Assembly: GCA_030040095.1 (NCBI GenBank)
Contig: JASHUI010000526.1
Coordinates: 1 to 34,479 of the forward strand
DNA length: 34,479 nt
Reading direction: 5' to 3'
DNA from: Streptosporangiaceae bacterium
GTDB taxonomy: Bacteria > Actinomycetota > Actinomycetes > Streptosporangiales > Streptosporangiaceae
The notes beneath the pieces were generated by a model, which made no database searches, was not told where the DNA came from, and saw only the letters and a list, made by a program, of their open reading frames with translations. Shown one piece after another: positions 32,837 through 34,479 of the stretch (position 1 is its first letter; each line of letters starts with the position of its first letter). The position numbers and the translations under genes were made by a program.

Positions 32837-33229
32837 TCAGGTCGTATAGCTGACCGGCGCCGAGGGGGCGATCCCTGCCGCGGCAGCGATCCTCGCCGCC
32901 TCCGCCTCCGGGTCCCGGCCCTCGGGCACGCAGATGATGAGGCGGCTGAAGCGCCCGGACGCCACGTCCACCCGGACCGCCGGCCGATCGCGGTGCAAGA
33001 TGCAGAAATCGTAGCCGTCACCGTGCCGGCGGGTGCCCAGCGCAGCGCGCCCGGCAAAGTTGACCCCGGCCATCCGCCACCCCCGAAGGCCCAGCCACGG
33101 CTTGGGATCGGGCGCCACACGGACGATGGAGGAGAGGCGGACCCGGATATCACCGTGGAAACCCCAGATCTTCTCGCCCGGCGTGAGATGAACGATCAGG
33201 ATCTCGTCGTCGGCAATCAGCTCGGCCAT
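32837..33229 (-). CDS. Small soluble PH-like (bPH) domain protein
   Basis: 130 aa from the ATG at 33229: MAELIADDEILIVHLTPGEKIWGFHGDIRVRLSSIVRV...GWRMAGVNFAGRAALGTRRHGDGYDFCILHRDRPAVRVDV. The remaining 400 codons of the tracked ORF (to 34429) are Arg/Pro/Gly-rich antisense of the LuxR gene. Confidence 0.5.
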   Translation of the reverse strand: MAELIADDEILIVHLTPGEKIWGFHGDIRVRLSSIVRVAPDPKPWLGLRGWRMAGVNFAGRAALGTRRHGDGYDFCILHRDRPAVRVDVASGRFSRLIICVPEGRDPEAEAARIAAAAGIAPSAPVSYTT

Positions 33230-33337
33230 CGGGTCGAGGATACGCGCGCCGGCCGGCGTTCCAGCCGCGCTCAGCGACTCCGGCTGGTCGCGGCCCGCTC
33301 CTTTACTGCACCGGCCGGCGGGTGTCAGCCTGGACGG

Positions 33338-34348
33338 ATGAGGCCCAGGATCCGGTACTGCGCCACGCCCGCGGGCCGCGTCGCTTACTCGACCGCGGGC
33401 GCTGGCCCGGCGCTGTTGTGTGATTCGGGCTGGATCACCGACCTGCGCGCGCAACTGGAGCTGTTCTCCTTCGGCAGTTTCATGCAGGGGCTGGCCGAGC
33501 GATTCACCGTGATCCGCTATGACAAGCCCGGGTGCGGCCTGTCGGACCGGGACCGGGTGGACCTGTCCTTCGACGGGCAGGTGGCCGCCGCGCTGGCGGT
33601 GGCCGACGCGGCGGGTGCCGGCCGTCTGCATCTGTTCGGGGCCTCGCAGGGCGCTCAGATCGCCGCCGCGATCGCGGCGAGTCACCCGGACCGGGTCGAG
33701 ACGCTGGTGCTGTACGGGATGTGCGCCAGCGGCAGGGATCTGGCGCCCGCCGAGGTCCAGAAGTCGGTCGTGGCGCTGGTGCGGGCCCACTGGGGCCTGG
33801 GGTTGAAGGCGCTGGCCGGGGCGTTCATCACCGATCCCACCGCTGAGGACATGGCGGCGTTCACGCGGTTCGAGCGGGCCAGCGCTTCGGCCGCGGTGGC
33901 CGCCGGACTCCTGGAGGTCTACTACGACACCGACATCAGGGCGCTGCTCCCGGCGATCCGGGCGCGCACGGCCGTGCTGCACCGCGTCACGGACAAGGGC
34001 ACCAGGTTCGAGCTGGGGCGGGAGGTCGCCACGCTGATTCCCGAGGCGACGCTGATCCCGCTGCCGGGTTCCAGCCACCTGTTCTACCATGCCGACTGGC
34101 TCGGGGTCCTGGATGCGATGCTCGGCTTCCTGTCCGAGCCGACGAGCCCGGGGCCGCGGCTGACCGGGCGCGAGCTCGAGGTGGCCGAGCTCATCGCTGA
34201 GGGACTGACAAATCAGGCCATCGCCCGGCGCCTGTCTGTGGCGCCGCGGACCGCCGAGGCACACGTGGAGAACATCCGGCGCAAGCTGCAGGTGCACTCC
34301 CGTGCCCAGATCGCGGCGTGGGTGACCGAGCACCGGCTCCGCGCCTGA
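33338..34348 (+). CDS. Alpha/beta-hydrolase domain fused to a C-terminal LuxR-family HTH (transcriptional regulator)
   Basis: The N-terminal part is IRYDKPGCGLSDR...LFGASQGAQIAAAIAASHPDRVETLVLYG (GxSxG intact)...GSSHLFY. The C-terminal part LTGRELEVAELIAEGLTNQAIARRLSVAPRTAEAHVENIRRKL is the canonical LuxR/GerE HTH. Confidence 0.85.
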   Translation: MRPRIRYCATPAGRVAYSTAGAGPALLCDSGWITDLRAQLELFSFGSFMQGLAERFTVIRYDKPGCGLSDRDRVDLSFDGQVAAALAVADAAGAGRLHLFGASQGAQIAAAIAASHPDRVETLVLYGMCASGRDLAPAEVQKSVVALVRAHWGLGLKALAGAFITDPTAEDMAAFTRFERASASAAVAAGLLEVYYDTDIRALLPAIRARTAVLHRVTDKGTRFELGREVATLIPEATLIPLPGSSHLFYHADWLGVLDAMLGFLSEPTSPGPRLTGRELEVAELIAEGLTNQAIARRLSVAPRTAEAHVENIRRKLQVHSRAQIAAWVTEHRLRA

Positions 34349-34354
34349 GCGGCT

Positions 34355-34433
34355 CGGTAGTTCACCCGACGCGTTGGCCGGGAACGGCCGTCCCGGCCGG
34401 TGGAGCAGCGGGAGTTGCCGGTAGTTCACCCGA
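34355..34433 (+). repeat. Direct repeat CGGTAGTTCACCCGA x2 (64-bp period) downstream of the LuxR gene
   Basis: Exact 15-mers lie at 34355-34369 and 34419-34433. They share the (A/T)GTTCAC core with the 5' ends of the two PH-gene leaders at 31585 and 32157. Confidence 0.55.
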
Positions 34434-34479
34434 TAGCCGCCCCGGGCCGCGCGACCCTAGCGTCGAGGTATGACAGACA

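Noticed and set aside
33230-34429. Upstream 400 codons of the 530-aa minus-strand ORF 32837-34429
   Set aside because: They are antisense to the well-supported alpha/beta-hydrolase-LuxR gene and Arg/Pro/Gly-rich. Only the last 130 codons (from the ATG at 33229) look like a real PH-like protein.
1-34479. CRISPR arrays, IS elements/transposases, integrases, tRNA/rRNA genes, toxin-antitoxin or known phage-defence genes
   Set aside because: No regularly spaced repeats, no terminal inverted repeats flanking a transposase-like ORF, no tRNA-like cloverleaf candidates and no defence-associated domains were seen in any frame.

Overview
High-GC Actinomycetota-type chromosomal DNA, densely coding, with no rRNA, tRNA, CRISPR array or transposase visible. 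All family calls come from reading the translations and recalling motifs; no searches were run.

The window has three parts.

(1) 1-9660 is ordinary core or accessory metabolism. It holds an ECF sigma/anti-sigma pair, a GCS2 carboxylate-amine ligase, two F420-type enzymes (PPOX-like and LLM), the metX-metY-CoA-binding-protein operon, OsmC and a flavoprotein oxidoreductase.

(2) 9657-18800 is an unusual accessory block. A minus-strand operon encodes a 107-aa unknown protein, a 236-aa protein that resembles ferredoxin-dependent bilin reductases, a 654-aa B12-binding radical SAM enzyme with a non-canonical Cx4Cx2C motif, and a HemN-like radical SAM enzyme. It is transcribed divergently from an ABC-2 exporter operon (one ATPase, two permeases) that continues into a PaaK/F390-synthetase-like adenylating ligase. 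A 20-codon micro-ORF with a strong SD and a lipoprotein gene follow.

(3) 18900-31552 begins with a conspicuously AT-rich island. It is followed by a tightly coupled nine-gene plus-strand operon:
- threonine-synthase-like PLP enzyme
- M20 metallohydrolase
- phosphinothricin-acetyltransferase-family GNAT
- SAM methyltransferase
- PhyH-type Fe/2OG dioxygenase
- NRPS A-T
- NRPS C-A-T
- standalone thioesterase whose nucleophile is Cys (GNCLG) instead of Ser
- MFS exporter

This reads as a dipeptide antimetabolite (Trojan-horse style) cluster with acetylation/deacylation self-protection.

The right end carries two tandem paralogous membrane PH-domain genes whose 63-nt leaders are better conserved than their coding regions, a third PH-like gene, and an alpha/beta-hydrolase-LuxR fusion regulator.

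The best candidates for something undescribed are the bilin-reductase-like/B12-rSAM/HemN-like operon and the Cys-thioesterase NRPS cluster.
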